Positions 53,079 to 61,996 of a DNA stretch of 64,000 nt are shown piece after piece. The translations under genes were made by a program, and so were the position numbers. The stretch covers positions 3,811 through 67,810 of the forward strand of contig JBAZZP010000003.1 in the NCBI GenBank assembly GCA_041658745.1, read 5' to 3'. Positions within the stretch are counted from its first letter, which is position 1; the number at the start of each line of letters is the position of its first letter. Source of the DNA: Candidatus Margulisiibacteriota bacterium. GTDB lineage: Bacteria; Margulisbacteria; WOR-1; O2-12-FULL-45-9. The notes below the pieces were generated by a model. That model saw only the letters and a list, made by a program, of their open reading frames with translations. It did no database searches and was not told the origin of the DNA.

Positions 53079-53582
53079 TTATGCCCTAAGGTCTACTAGT
53101 AATAGTATATGAAACATATTATCTGGTGGAGACCAGCTATATTCGCTAACCATGGGTCTAATCCCTTCAGGTCTATTGCTATTGCTAAGAATTTGCACCC
53201 CGTCAGGTCTCGCCCACTCTCCTTGAGCCTTTGCTTTTAGCCATGCTCGGGCAGCCGTTAATAATGTTGGGTCTGATATCTCGGTTTCTTTATTTTTGCC
53301 AGAGCGCTCAATATTTGCACAAACCAACGCTTTGCCAGTTGCTTCATTAAATCGCACGGTTACTGTACGCAGCCTAATTGATATTCCCTTTTCCCCAGCT
53401 GCAAGTTTTTCGCCCGATGTTTGCACTTGCATTAAATGTGCTTCTAACCGACTAACCTTGGCATCTCTAGCTGCACTTTGCGCAGCTGATATCCCTTGTC
53501 CTTCTCTTCCTTGAGTCCCTGATTTCCTCCCGACTAGATTATCTATTCTAGAACATCCTCTTCGTCCAATTACGACACTCAT
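53079..53582 (-). CDS. Orphan hypothetical protein (167 aa)
   Basis: AAAAGGAGAAAAGAAAG precedes the ATG at 53582. Lies 70 nt downstream of, and co-directional with, the 1377-aa orphan. No recognised motif. Confidence 0.45.
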   Translation of the reverse strand: MSVVIGRRGCSRIDNLVGRKSGTQGREGQGISAAQSAARDAKVSRLEAHLMQVQTSGEKLAAGEKGISIRLRTVTVRFNEATGKALVCANIERSGKNKETEISDPTLLTAARAWLKAKAQGEWARPDGVQILSNSNRPEGIRPMVSEYSWSPPDNMFHILLLVDLRA

Positions 53583-53652
53583 CTTTCTTTTCTCCTTTTC
53601 TTTAATTTTTCTTTACAAGTTTATATCACAACTATTTTAAAATAATTTCAGT

Positions 53653-56600
53653 TTATTTTTTTATTGTGGGACTAGTAACCCCATACTTTATTTTAAGTGC
53701 TCTTTGAGCTTGTGGATCCATTTCTTTAATAAAAGTCGATTGTGGATCAATAAATGTTCTCCCCACCGGTAAAACACAAAGCGACATCCCTGTAATTGGT
53801 ATGTTTGCCAAAGCATTTCTCCTCTCGGCATCTTCAACCTGACCTAACTCATCCGGTATCCTTCCAGCCGCCAACCCATTTTGCCACTCCCTAATGGCGG
53901 CTTGAACCGTTTCCTGGGCAACTAATTCCTTTGCTAATGCCTCTGGAACCGATGGATGGAATAGTAATCCTATATTAAGATCCCTACTAGAAACTACAAA
54001 ATCTCTTTCGAGTAAAGCCCTTTTACTTATTTGAGCTGGAACAATTACTCCCGGCCTTATCACTGACAATCTGCGCCAAATACGCCCTTCCCCTTCTCCA
54101 AAATGGGTGGCCACAAAAACGGCTGCACCAGCAGTTAAATCTAATCCCATTCTTACTGCAGCGCTTAATTTGCCAGAATCAGCTTCCTTCGGTTGCAGTT
54201 GTACTCCATTGCTACTGCCATTGCTAAAATAGGGTGGCAAATTAACCGGTATGGGAGGGCGAACAACAATTTGAACATCAGCATAATAATCTCTCAACAT
54301 TGCCATTTTTTCTTCCGGTGTACTCGCTACCCGATAAATTCCACTCCTTTGTCTTATAAAAAACAGGGCATTTACAGGAATCTTTCCGGCTGCGATGGCT
54401 GTTTCCATTGTCCTGAGGGCCAATTGGGGAATTGCCTCTCTAAAAGTTGGCGCAACCTTCCTGGCCGTTAGCTCGGGAGCTAAAGCCGCAAAAGCTTTTG
54501 TAGAAAGAGAACCATCACTGGCTTCTGTGGATCGTGCCCAATCACCAATAATCCCCTTCCAGTCTTCCGGACCCGGATGCTGTATTGCCCGATGCAAACA
54601 AGCCAGAGCCGGTATAGCTCCCACCCCAATTGCTTGCAAAGCAACTTCTAGTAAATTATCTACAAATTCATCTTCTACTTCCCCTGCTCTAAATCCAAGA
54701 ATATCAGCCGTGGCTGCTTGTAAATCTAATACAAAAAAGACATCATTTTTCCCCTCACCAGTTAAACATAAACGGATCAACAATCGGCCCTTTTCGTCAA
54801 GCTTTAATGCAGTAACTTTTTCTGGGATTAATCCCCAAGCTGTTAGGCTTTTTGTTGCCGTCCCTGCATTAAGAACCACAACATCAGCAACAATTCCATC
54901 AAGATTTTGGGTGGTTGCGGCACTAAAAGAGCGGCCCACAATATCGCGGCGTCTTAAATAATCCAACAAATACCTTGCCAAATCATTTACCGCCACTTTT
55001 CTTGCCTCGCTGCCACCTTTATAGTCAATTCTTTTCTCCATTACTCGCAGTAGAAGAGTTTCGAAACGATCACGAACTGCCCTTAAAAATTTAGTCTCTG
55101 GATCAACTTCAACTGTAGGGGCAACTTCAAGCGGAGCTGTAGCCGCTTTCTTTGATCCAGAAAGAGGAGCAGAAATGACTTTAGTTACTGGCGGCTGCCA
55201 AACTGGAGGGGAGACAAAGCGTGCTGCCGGTGCTGGCTTTGAGACTGGCGCAGATCTTGTCACCGGTTTGGCTGGCTCTTTCTGTAAAGCATCACTAACT
55301 AAATCATATTGTCCAACTTCATTTTCTAATTCAGCTAATATGGTTTCAAGAATAGCGGCATTTAAGAAACAATGGATTGCCCATTCAGTCGTTCCTCCCC
55401 TTCCTGGGACTGGAAATTGGAGAGAACTTGCTGTCCAGGCAAGTGGAATTTCAAAATATCTCTCATCTTCCATAGTTAAACGGACAACCAGTCTTCTTTG
55501 TAGACCGCGGCCACCATTGGCTTCTTCCGTTGCAGTAATTGAAACTTCTCGAATTCCAAACGATTGGATGGCTGCTTCCACGGCAGCTGAAAAACCCAAA
55601 ACCGTTCTGCTTCCCTGGTAGCGAGAAAATGCGGCATCAAAGCTTTCTGTTTGAATTGCAACTTCAAAATCTTGACCAGCACTATAAAGTGCGTTTTGTC
55701 TAGCGTCATAAACTGCGCCTTCGCCTAAAATTCGAGCAACCAGTGAGCTCGCTCTTCTTAAAAAATTATCTCTACATAAGTTCATCGCGATTATGAGGGA
55801 TTCTTTTTCTTTGGCTGCAGCGGCGTTTGCTTCAGCTACTATTTTAGCTGCGGCGGCTAATGCTGCTGCGGCAGCTTTTTTTTCATCTTTTTCTACTCTA
55901 TCAATCCTACGATCGATATGGCTCATTAATTCCTCTGCTAATTTTCTTTCATTACAAATAATGGGAAAGCAATGCCCTGGTTTTATCAAAGTTTCTTCAC
56001 CGGCAGGTCGAACTGCCAGGGCCAAACCAATTGCCTCTTTGGCTCCTCGTAATTGTCCAGCATCCGCTAATAATTGAGATCGCGTAAAATGATAATAAAA
56101 TGGATCAACCCCAACAGGAACTTCTATCATTCCGGCCAAAGCATCCTCTGGTTTGGCTTGTTCGGCTCTCACTAAAAACAAAGCTCGCAACGGTCGGCGG
56201 GCTTCCCATTCCGAGATCCTCACCCCAAGCGAAAAAGTTTCTCCTCGTCCAAAGGCTTCCCCAACTACTTGGGCTGCATCAGCCGCTTGAGCCGCTACAT
56301 TGCGAACGTTTATTCCCCGAAAATATGTCGCGGCAAAACAAACAAAAGCGAGATAACGCAAGACTAATTGCCGAGAAGGATTCGTGGCAAAAGCAGGAAT
56401 GGCCTCCTGAAGAGGAGTAGAACTAATTTGTGGCTTGCCAACAGCGATGCAGGCTTCAACCACAGCTAAGAATAAACCGTGTTGATCTACTTCTTTTAGG
56501 TTAGAAAATTGGGCATGGCATTTAAGTGCTCGCAATCCCCAGGTCAAAACTTCCTTATGATCATTTTTCTCTTGTAGTTCACCAATTATCCGCAACGCCC

Positions 56601-57786
56601 AGTTTTGTAATGCTTTGGCTGTGCTTTCATCCATAGAAGCCTTGGCATCAGCAACCATGTTGAATGTTCTTTTTGCGTTTTCAATATCACCGGAAGCAAG
56701 ATAAAACTGGAAAATCAAAATCAAAGACATCTCTTCCCTAGAACTAAGGGAAGCGAGATGCTTAGCAGAAAAAAGACTTTTGAATTCCGTCAGGCGACCA
56801 AATATTCTTAGTGCTTCAAAATCGGCAGGGCTCAAATCATTTTCATCGCGAGTTGCCAACATAGTATTAAATCTATCATCCGCTTCTGCCCTTGTCAGGG
56901 TACGAGCAGCAATTGCCCTAACCGCCAGAGAATAGCGCTCTTGTGAGGCTTGTGCCATGTGCATAAAATCTTCCGCTTCCGGAGATCTCCCATCACCAAA
57001 CAACTCGCCACACAAACGGCGCTCTTCTCCAATCTGCAGCTCATAATATACCGACGTAGCCGGCCACAGAGTTAACAATGCGCCACCTTCCAAGGCAACA
57101 GAAAATTGGTTTTTCCCTCTTGCTAGTAGCAGAGAGAGCCAATTTCTATCTGACAAGATACACAAACTATCCATTAACTCCATCCAAAGGCTAAAGGGCA
57201 GCGGATTAATAGAAAGAGCCCTGGCAGCAATTCTTAATATTTCAATTTTGGCAAGTTGATAATTTTGAGAACTTGTCGTTTCGGCTTGAGCGTTTTCTGA
57301 CAAATTATTTCCACAAATAGAAGCCATAAGCAGTACTCCAGTCAACTGTTCACTCAAGCAAGAAAGATAGGGAAACAAAAATTGGTCTTCCGAAACATCC
57401 TCGCTTTTCCCGCTAAGAATTAAATATAGGAGCCGACAAAAGATTGGATAAAAATTAGCTGGATCTTTGCGGCAAGCTTCTTGGGAGAGCTCGTCCGCAT
57501 TTTTAAAATCTCCGCGATGGCAAGATAACATACTTAGGTCAGCTATCTGCACCGCCAAAAGATCCTCGCCAGCATTGTAGCGCTCCATCAACTGAACAAG
57601 ACGAGCCGAAGCAATAATTAATTTATCATGCAAATCAACAATTCTGGGATGGGCAGGAGCAGCCATAAAGAGCCTCTCACCAACTGCAAAACGCAATCTC
57701 GCCGATGTTCGAGCACGATCCATGGAAAGCGGCATTGCTTGACCGAGCACCGCCCTCCCTTGTCCAGGCAATATAGTGGATGACAT
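53653..57786 (-). CDS. Orphan giant protein (1377 aa), Ala/Leu/Arg-rich, no recognised domain
   Basis: Uninterrupted 4.1-kb ORF. GCTAGGAGAATTT precedes the ATG. Lies 56 nt downstream of radA on the same strand. Helical-repeat-like N-half, a poly-Ala segment 'KKAAAAALAAAAKIVAEANAAAAKEKE' and a Pro-rich linker 'KEPAKPVTRSAPVSKPAPAARFVSPPVWQPPVTK'. Confidence 0.7.
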   Translation of the reverse strand: MSSTILPGQGRAVLGQAMPLSMDRARTSARLRFAVGERLFMAAPAHPRIVDLHDKLIIASARLVQLMERYNAGEDLLAVQIADLSMLSCHRGDFKNADELSQEACRKDPANFYPIFCRLLYLILSGKSEDVSEDQFLFPYLSCLSEQLTGVLLMASICGNNLSENAQAETTSSQNYQLAKIEILRIAARALSINPLPFSLWMELMDSLCILSDRNWLSLLLARGKNQFSVALEGGALLTLWPATSVYYELQIGEERRLCGELFGDGRSPEAEDFMHMAQASQERYSLAVRAIAARTLTRAEADDRFNTMLATRDENDLSPADFEALRIFGRLTEFKSLFSAKHLASLSSREEMSLILIFQFYLASGDIENAKRTFNMVADAKASMDESTAKALQNWALRIIGELQEKNDHKEVLTWGLRALKCHAQFSNLKEVDQHGLFLAVVEACIAVGKPQISSTPLQEAIPAFATNPSRQLVLRYLAFVCFAATYFRGINVRNVAAQAADAAQVVGEAFGRGETFSLGVRISEWEARRPLRALFLVRAEQAKPEDALAGMIEVPVGVDPFYYHFTRSQLLADAGQLRGAKEAIGLALAVRPAGEETLIKPGHCFPIICNERKLAEELMSHIDRRIDRVEKDEKKAAAAALAAAAKIVAEANAAAAKEKESLIIAMNLCRDNFLRRASSLVARILGEGAVYDARQNALYSAGQDFEVAIQTESFDAAFSRYQGSRTVLGFSAAVEAAIQSFGIREVSITATEEANGGRGLQRRLVVRLTMEDERYFEIPLAWTASSLQFPVPGRGGTTEWAIHCFLNAAILETILAELENEVGQYDLVSDALQKEPAKPVTRSAPVSKPAPAARFVSPPVWQPPVTKVISAPLSGSKKAATAPLEVAPTVEVDPETKFLRAVRDRFETLLLRVMEKRIDYKGGSEARKVAVNDLARYLLDYLRRRDIVGRSFSAATTQNLDGIVADVVVLNAGTATKSLTAWGLIPEKVTALKLDEKGRLLIRLCLTGEGKNDVFFVLDLQAATADILGFRAGEVEDEFVDNLLEVALQAIGVGAIPALACLHRAIQHPGPEDWKGIIGDWARSTEASDGSLSTKAFAALAPELTARKVAPTFREAIPQLALRTMETAIAAGKIPVNALFFIRQRSGIYRVASTPEEKMAMLRDYYADVQIVVRPPIPVNLPPYFSNGSSNGVQLQPKEADSGKLSAAVRMGLDLTAGAAVFVATHFGEGEGRIWRRLSVIRPGVIVPAQISKRALLERDFVVSSRDLNIGLLFHPSVPEALAKELVAQETVQAAIREWQNGLAAGRIPDELGQVEDAERRNALANIPITGMSLCVLPVGRTFIDPQSTFIKEMDPQAQRALKIKYGVTSPTIKK

Positions 57787-57842
57787 AAAATTCTCCTAGC
57801 GTAATTGAACTATCTCATTATCGGCAGGAAAAAAAGAAAATT

Positions 57843-59207
57843 TCAGTTTTGCAGGGCTTCTTGGATCGATCGAACCGCTATAATTTGAATTTTAATTTTG
57901 TTTACTGACTTATTATTAGCCTTCGGTATAATCGCTTTTTTAAAGCCCAATTTCTCAGCTTCTTTCAATCGCTGTTCAATTTGGCTGACCGAGCGGACTT
58001 CGCCGGTTAATCCTACCTCACCAATCACCAAACAATCCGGTTCAATTGGTTTATTTTTGTAGCAAGAAGCAATGGCTAAAGCCATCGGTAAGTCCATGGC
58101 GGGTTCTGTCACTTTAACCCCACCCGCTGCATTCACAAAAACATCCGCGGTAGATAATTTTAAACCTAACTGCCGCTCCAGTACCGCAATTACAATCGAG
58201 AGGCGGTTGAAATCAACCCCAGAGGCCTTACGCGTGGGATAAACCATCTTCGTAGGAGCCACCAACGCTTGAATTTCAACCAGCAATGGTCGCGTACCTT
58301 CTATCGCAGCCGTAACGACTGAACCGGAAGCATCTTTGGGCCGCTCAGATAAAAACACTTCTGAAGGATTGGGAACTTCAACTAACCCCTGCTCTTTCAT
58401 TTCAAAAATGCCAACTTCATTAGTTGAGCCAAAACGGTTTTTCTCGGCCCGCAGGATCCTGAACTGCTTATGTCTTTCGCCTTCAAAATAGAGGACAACG
58501 TCAACCATGTGTTCTAAAATTCTAGGCCCAGCAATGTTGCCTTCTTTGGTAACGTGGCCAACGATAAAAATAGGGATACCGCTTGATTTAGCAATGCCCA
58601 CCAGGTAATTGGCGCATTCTCTGACTTGTGATACCGAACCAGCAGCAGAAGATACATCTTCGCGAAACATAGTTTGGATCGAATCAATAATTAGATATTT
58701 GGGGTTACTATCACTGACGGCTTTTTCAATGGCAAACAGGTTTGTTTCGGGAAAGAGGAGCAAATTTTTCGACAGAGTTCCTAATCTTTCGGCTCGCAGG
58801 CGGATTTGCCGCGCCGATTCCTCTCCGCTTACATATAATACCTTGGAAGCTTTGCTCAAAGCTTCCGCTACTTGGAGGAGCATGGTTGACTTTCCAATCC
58901 CCGGCTCCCCTGACACCAAAACTACTGATCCAGCAACAATCCCACCGCCTAACACTCGATCAATTTCAGCAATGCCCGTTTCCGCCCTACTTTCATCATT
59001 GTAGTTAACATCGACAATTGATATCGGCTTTTCCGTTTGTATCTTGGAATTTGAATTTTGTAATTTATTTATAACTTGTGTCTTGTTACTTGTAACTTTC
59101 TCCTCGGTGAGACTATTCCACTCCCCACACGATTGGCACTGCCCACTCCAACCTGGAAAATCTTGCCCGCAAGATTGGCACACGAAGATAGTTTCTGATT
59201 TGCTCAT
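57843..59207 (-). CDS. radA: DNA repair protein RadA (Sms)
   Basis: N-terminal 'CQSCGQDFPGWSGQCQSCGEW' zinc finger, 'VSGEPGIGKSTMLLQ' Walker A, a 'KNRFG' motif and a Lon-like C-terminal domain. Confidence 0.95.
   Translation of the reverse strand: MSKSETIFVCQSCGQDFPGWSGQCQSCGEWNSLTEEKVTSNKTQVINKLQNSNSKIQTEKPISIVDVNYNDESRAETGIAEIDRVLGGGIVAGSVVLVSGEPGIGKSTMLLQVAEALSKASKVLYVSGEESARQIRLRAERLGTLSKNLLLFPETNLFAIEKAVSDSNPKYLIIDSIQTMFREDVSSAAGSVSQVRECANYLVGIAKSSGIPIFIVGHVTKEGNIAGPRILEHMVDVVLYFEGERHKQFRILRAEKNRFGSTNEVGIFEMKEQGLVEVPNPSEVFLSERPKDASGSVVTAAIEGTRPLLVEIQALVAPTKMVYPTRKASGVDFNRLSIVIAVLERQLGLKLSTADVFVNAAGGVKVTEPAMDLPMALAIASCYKNKPIEPDCLVIGEVGLTGEVRSVSQIEQRLKEAEKLGFKKAIIPKANNKSVNKIKIQIIAVRSIQEALQN
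59036..59098 (+). repeat. CTTGTNN-family element inside radA
   Basis: tttgtatcttggaatttgaattttgtaatttatttataa + cttgtgt|cttgtta|cttgtaa|cttt. Encodes 'TSNKTQVINKLQNSNSKIQT' in the linker after the zinc finger. Confidence 0.85.
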
Positions 59208-59214
59208 TGGGTCA

Positions 59215-59223
59215 ATTATAGCA
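59215..59223 (-). promoter_or_regulatory. Extended -10 box TGCTATAAT, 7 nt upstream of the radA ATG (leaderless-type)
   Basis: The minus strand reads TGCTATAAT-TGACCCA-ATG, within the 29-nt clpC-radA spacer. Confidence 0.5.
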
Positions 59224-59236
59224 AAAGCGGTAGAAG

Positions 59237-61714
59237 TTAGCGCGAAATGTCGGCTTTCTCTGGAGCTTTGGTGGCTGTTTTCCCTTTTGTACCCGAGAAA
59301 ACCAATTTACCTTTTTCGGTTTTAAGTTTAATTTTACTGCCAAAGCCATAATGGCCTTTTAAGATTTCTTCGGAAAGTGGATTTTCGATACAGTCCTCAA
59401 GAGTGCGGCGCAAAGGACGCGCTCCGAGCTTCGGATCAAAAGCTTTATCGACTAAGAATTCTTTGGATTTTTTATCAATGCTCAGCGTCATCCCCTTTTC
59501 TTCTAAGCGAGTATTTACGTCTTTTAGCATAATATCAATAATCACAAACAAATCTTCCTTTGTGAGAGGACGAAAAACAACTTTCTCATCTACCCGATTC
59601 AAAAATTCGGGTTTAAAAGCTTTCTTTAATTCATCCAACACCGTAGTCTTCATCCGGTCGTAGGAGGATTCGGCATCATTGCGTGCCATAAATCCCATCG
59701 AAGTTTCTTTGCGAATTAGTTCAGCCCCCACATTGCTGGTCATGATAATAACTGTGTTGCGAAAATCAATCTGGCGACCTTGAGCATCCGTAATATGCCC
59801 TTCGTCCAGTATTTGCAAAAGCACATTCATCACATTTAGATGTGCCTTTTCAATTTCATCAAACAAAACTACCGAGTGGGGCTTACGCCGCACCGCTTCG
59901 GTTAATTGTCCACCTTCACCAAAGCCAACGTACCCCGGGGGCGACCCCATCATCCGAGAAACAGTATGCTGTTCCAAATATTCGGACATATCGATGCGGA
60001 TCATGGCATCAACATCCCCAAATAAAAATTCGGCAACTCTCTTGGCTAGTTCAGTTTTGCCTACCCCTGATGGGCCCAAAAAGATAAAGGAGCCCACTGG
60101 CCGCTTGGGGTCTTTTAGCCCGGCACGTGCCCTCCGAATCGATTTGGCAACCGCCACAATGGCCTCATCTTGCCCAACCAAGTATTTTTTTATTTCGGCT
60201 TCCATTTGGAGTAAACGCGCCGTTTCTTCGGCCGTTAGCTGTGTCACCGGAACACTCGTCCAAGCGGACACAACCTGGGCAATAATCTCAGAGTTAACTT
60301 CGGGTAACTTCTCACGCGCCATCCCGGATAATTTTTTGGAAGCCGCTTCATATTGAAGACGCAAAGCTTGTTCTTTATCCCGCAATTGGGCAGCTAATTC
60401 AAATTCCTGATTTTCAATCGCTTTATCTTTGGAGGCTTTTATTTCTTCGATCTCTTTGGTAATTTCGACTAACTCTGGGGGAGCAACTGAAGATTGCAGC
60501 ATCACTTTTGACGCTGCTTCATCGATTAGATCGATTGCCTTATCAGGCATAAAACGATCGGAGATATAACGCGCAGCTAGGCGCGCCGCTGAGACCAGAG
60601 CCTCATCGGTAATTTGCACCTTATGAAAATCTTCATAGCGGCTGCGTAAACCTTTTAAAATCTCGATGGTATCTTGCACAGAAGGCTCGAGCACCATCAC
60701 CGACTGAAAGCGGCGCTCAAGGGCGGGATCTGATTCAATTCTTTTGCGAAATTCATCAATCGTAGTAGCACCAATACACTGTATTTCACCCCGCGCCAGG
60801 GCCGGCTTCAAAATATTAGCCGCATCCATCGCCCCTTCCGCTGCTCCTGCTCCAATTAAGGTATGCAATTCATCAATAAATAAAATGATATTACCGTCTT
60901 TAATTACTTCATCCAGCAATTTCTTTAACCGCTCTTCAAATTCACCGCGATAACGCGTACCAGCCACCAACAAGCCCAAATCTAAGGTAACTACACGCTT
61001 GGTTAACAAAGATGGCGGCGTATTACCACTATTAATTCTTTGTGCCAGCCCCTCTACAATGGCCGTTTTCCCAACCCCTGCTTCACCAATTAGAACCGGG
61101 TTATTTTTTTTGCGCCGGGACAAAATCTGGATGACACGTTCAATTTCCTTGGCACGACCAATTACTGGATCCAATTTTCTTTCACGGCCAAGCACCGTTA
61201 AATCACGACTAAAACTATCGAGTATCGGTGTGCGGCTGGAGCGGGCAAATTTACGTTGGCCAACCGTGGTTTCTCCCACTAGAGTAATGATTTGCTGCTT
61301 GGTGGACGCAATTGTAATCCCAAATGACTTTAAGATTTCACCGGTTAAGCCGGTTCCCTCGCGTAATATCCCTAGAAAAAGATGTTCAACCCCAACGTAA
61401 CTGTGCCCCAGTCCACGCGCCTCATCCCAGGCCAATTCAATCACTTTTTTTACCTGGGTATTGAATGGAATTTCGCTGCCTGGCTCTCCCACCCCACCCT
61501 CCAGAGTTAACCCATCTTCTAGCTGGTCTTTTAGTTCGGCGGGACTAACACGAAAAGATTCGATCGTTTTGATAATCGCCGGCTCGCCTTCGCGCAACAT
61601 CCCAAGCAATAAGTGTTCAGATCCCACAAAATTGGAATTAAGGCGTTTGGCTTCTTCTTGGGCCGCCATAATAACCCTAACCGCTTTTTCGGTAAAGCGC
61701 TCAAACATTGCCAT
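59237..61714 (-). CDS. clpC: ATP-dependent Clp protease ATP-binding subunit ClpC
   Basis: Two Clp_N repeats, '[15 protein letters not shown]' and '[15 protein letters not shown]' Walker A motifs and a UVR-like '[18 protein letters not shown]' segment. ClpC-radA adjacency as in Bacillota. Confidence 0.95.
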   Translation of the reverse strand: MAMFERFTEKAVRVIMAAQEEAKRLNSNFVGSEHLLLGMLREGEPAIIKTIESFRVSPAELKDQLEDGLTLEGGVGEPGSEIPFNTQVKKVIELAWDEARGLGHSYVGVEHLFLGILREGTGLTGEILKSFGITIASTKQQIITLVGETTVGQRKFARSSRTPILDSFSRDLTVLGRERKLDPVIGRAKEIERVIQILSRRKKNNPVLIGEAGVGKTAIVEGLAQRINSGNTPPSLLTKRVVTLDLGLLVAGTRYRGEFEERLKKLLDEVIKDGNIILFIDELHTLIGAGAAEGAMDAANILKPALARGEIQCIGATTIDEFRKRIESDPALERRFQSVMVLEPSVQDTIEILKGLRSRYEDFHKVQITDEALVSAARLAARYISDRFMPDKAIDLIDEAASKVMLQSSVAPPELVEITKEIEEIKASKDKAIENQEFELAAQLRDKEQALRLQYEAASKKLSGMAREKLPEVNSEIIAQVVSAWTSVPVTQLTAEETARLLQMEAEIKKYLVGQDEAIVAVAKSIRRARAGLKDPKRPVGSFIFLGPSGVGKTELAKRVAEFLFGDVDAMIRIDMSEYLEQHTVSRMMGSPPGYVGFGEGGQLTEAVRRKPHSVVLFDEIEKAHLNVMNVLLQILDEGHITDAQGRQIDFRNTVIIMTSNVGAELIRKETSMGFMARNDAESSYDRMKTTVLDELKKAFKPEFLNRVDEKVVFRPLTKEDLFVIIDIMLKDVNTRLEEKGMTLSIDKKSKEFLVDKAFDPKLGARPLRRTLEDCIENPLSEEILKGHYGFGSKIKLKTEKGKLVFSGTKGKTATKAPEKADISR

Positions 61715-61723
61715 ATGCTTTTG

Positions 61724-61752
61724 ATTATAGCAACCGGCAATGGACCACGCAA
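61724..61752 (-). promoter_or_regulatory. Promoter TTGCGT-17-(TGC)TATAAT, 9 nt upstream of the clpC ATG
   Basis: The minus strand reads TTGCGT-GGTCCATTGCCGGTTGC-TATAAT-CAAAAGCAT-ATG. Confidence 0.5.
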
Positions 61753-61798
61753 GTTTTTCGTCATTAAGAACGATAATAATAGTGTAGGAGACAACCTA

Positions 61799-61996
61799 AT
61801 GCCCAAAGAGACTCAAGAAGTCCTAGAAAGCACTACAATTACCATTGGCGATACTACGTTTAAAACTGGTGGTAATATTATTTTTGAGGATAACACTGAC
61901 AGCCCCTATGTTATTGCCAGTAACCCGATGCTAAGTAAAATGGAAGCTTACCTTGAACATGGCATTGATGTGCTAATGAAGCGGATAAAACCCTAA
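61799..61996 (+). CDS. Hypothetical small protein (65 aa)
   Basis: The ATG at 61799 has an AGGAG SD 10 nt upstream. Divergent from clpC. The longer ORF-track version overlaps the clpC start. No motif recognised. Confidence 0.3.
   Translation: MPKETQEVLESTTITIGDTTFKTGGNIIFEDNTDSPYVIASNPMLSKMEAYLEHGIDVLMKRIKP

Noticed and set aside
54395-55621. Plus-strand ORFs (188 aa, 148 aa and others) inside the 1377-aa orphan gene
   Set aside because: They are fragmented and have no SD. The minus strand carries a single uninterrupted 4.1-kb frame with an SD. Because the large ORF has no homology support, this call rests on ORF length and the RBS only.
61715-61798. CtsR operator (GGTCAAA direct repeat) upstream of clpC, and missing ctsR-mcsA-mcsB
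   Set aside because: Only a weak 'GGTCCAT...GGTTGCT' resemblance overlaps the promoter spacer, which is not convincing. Absence of ctsR/mcsAB upstream is simply noted.
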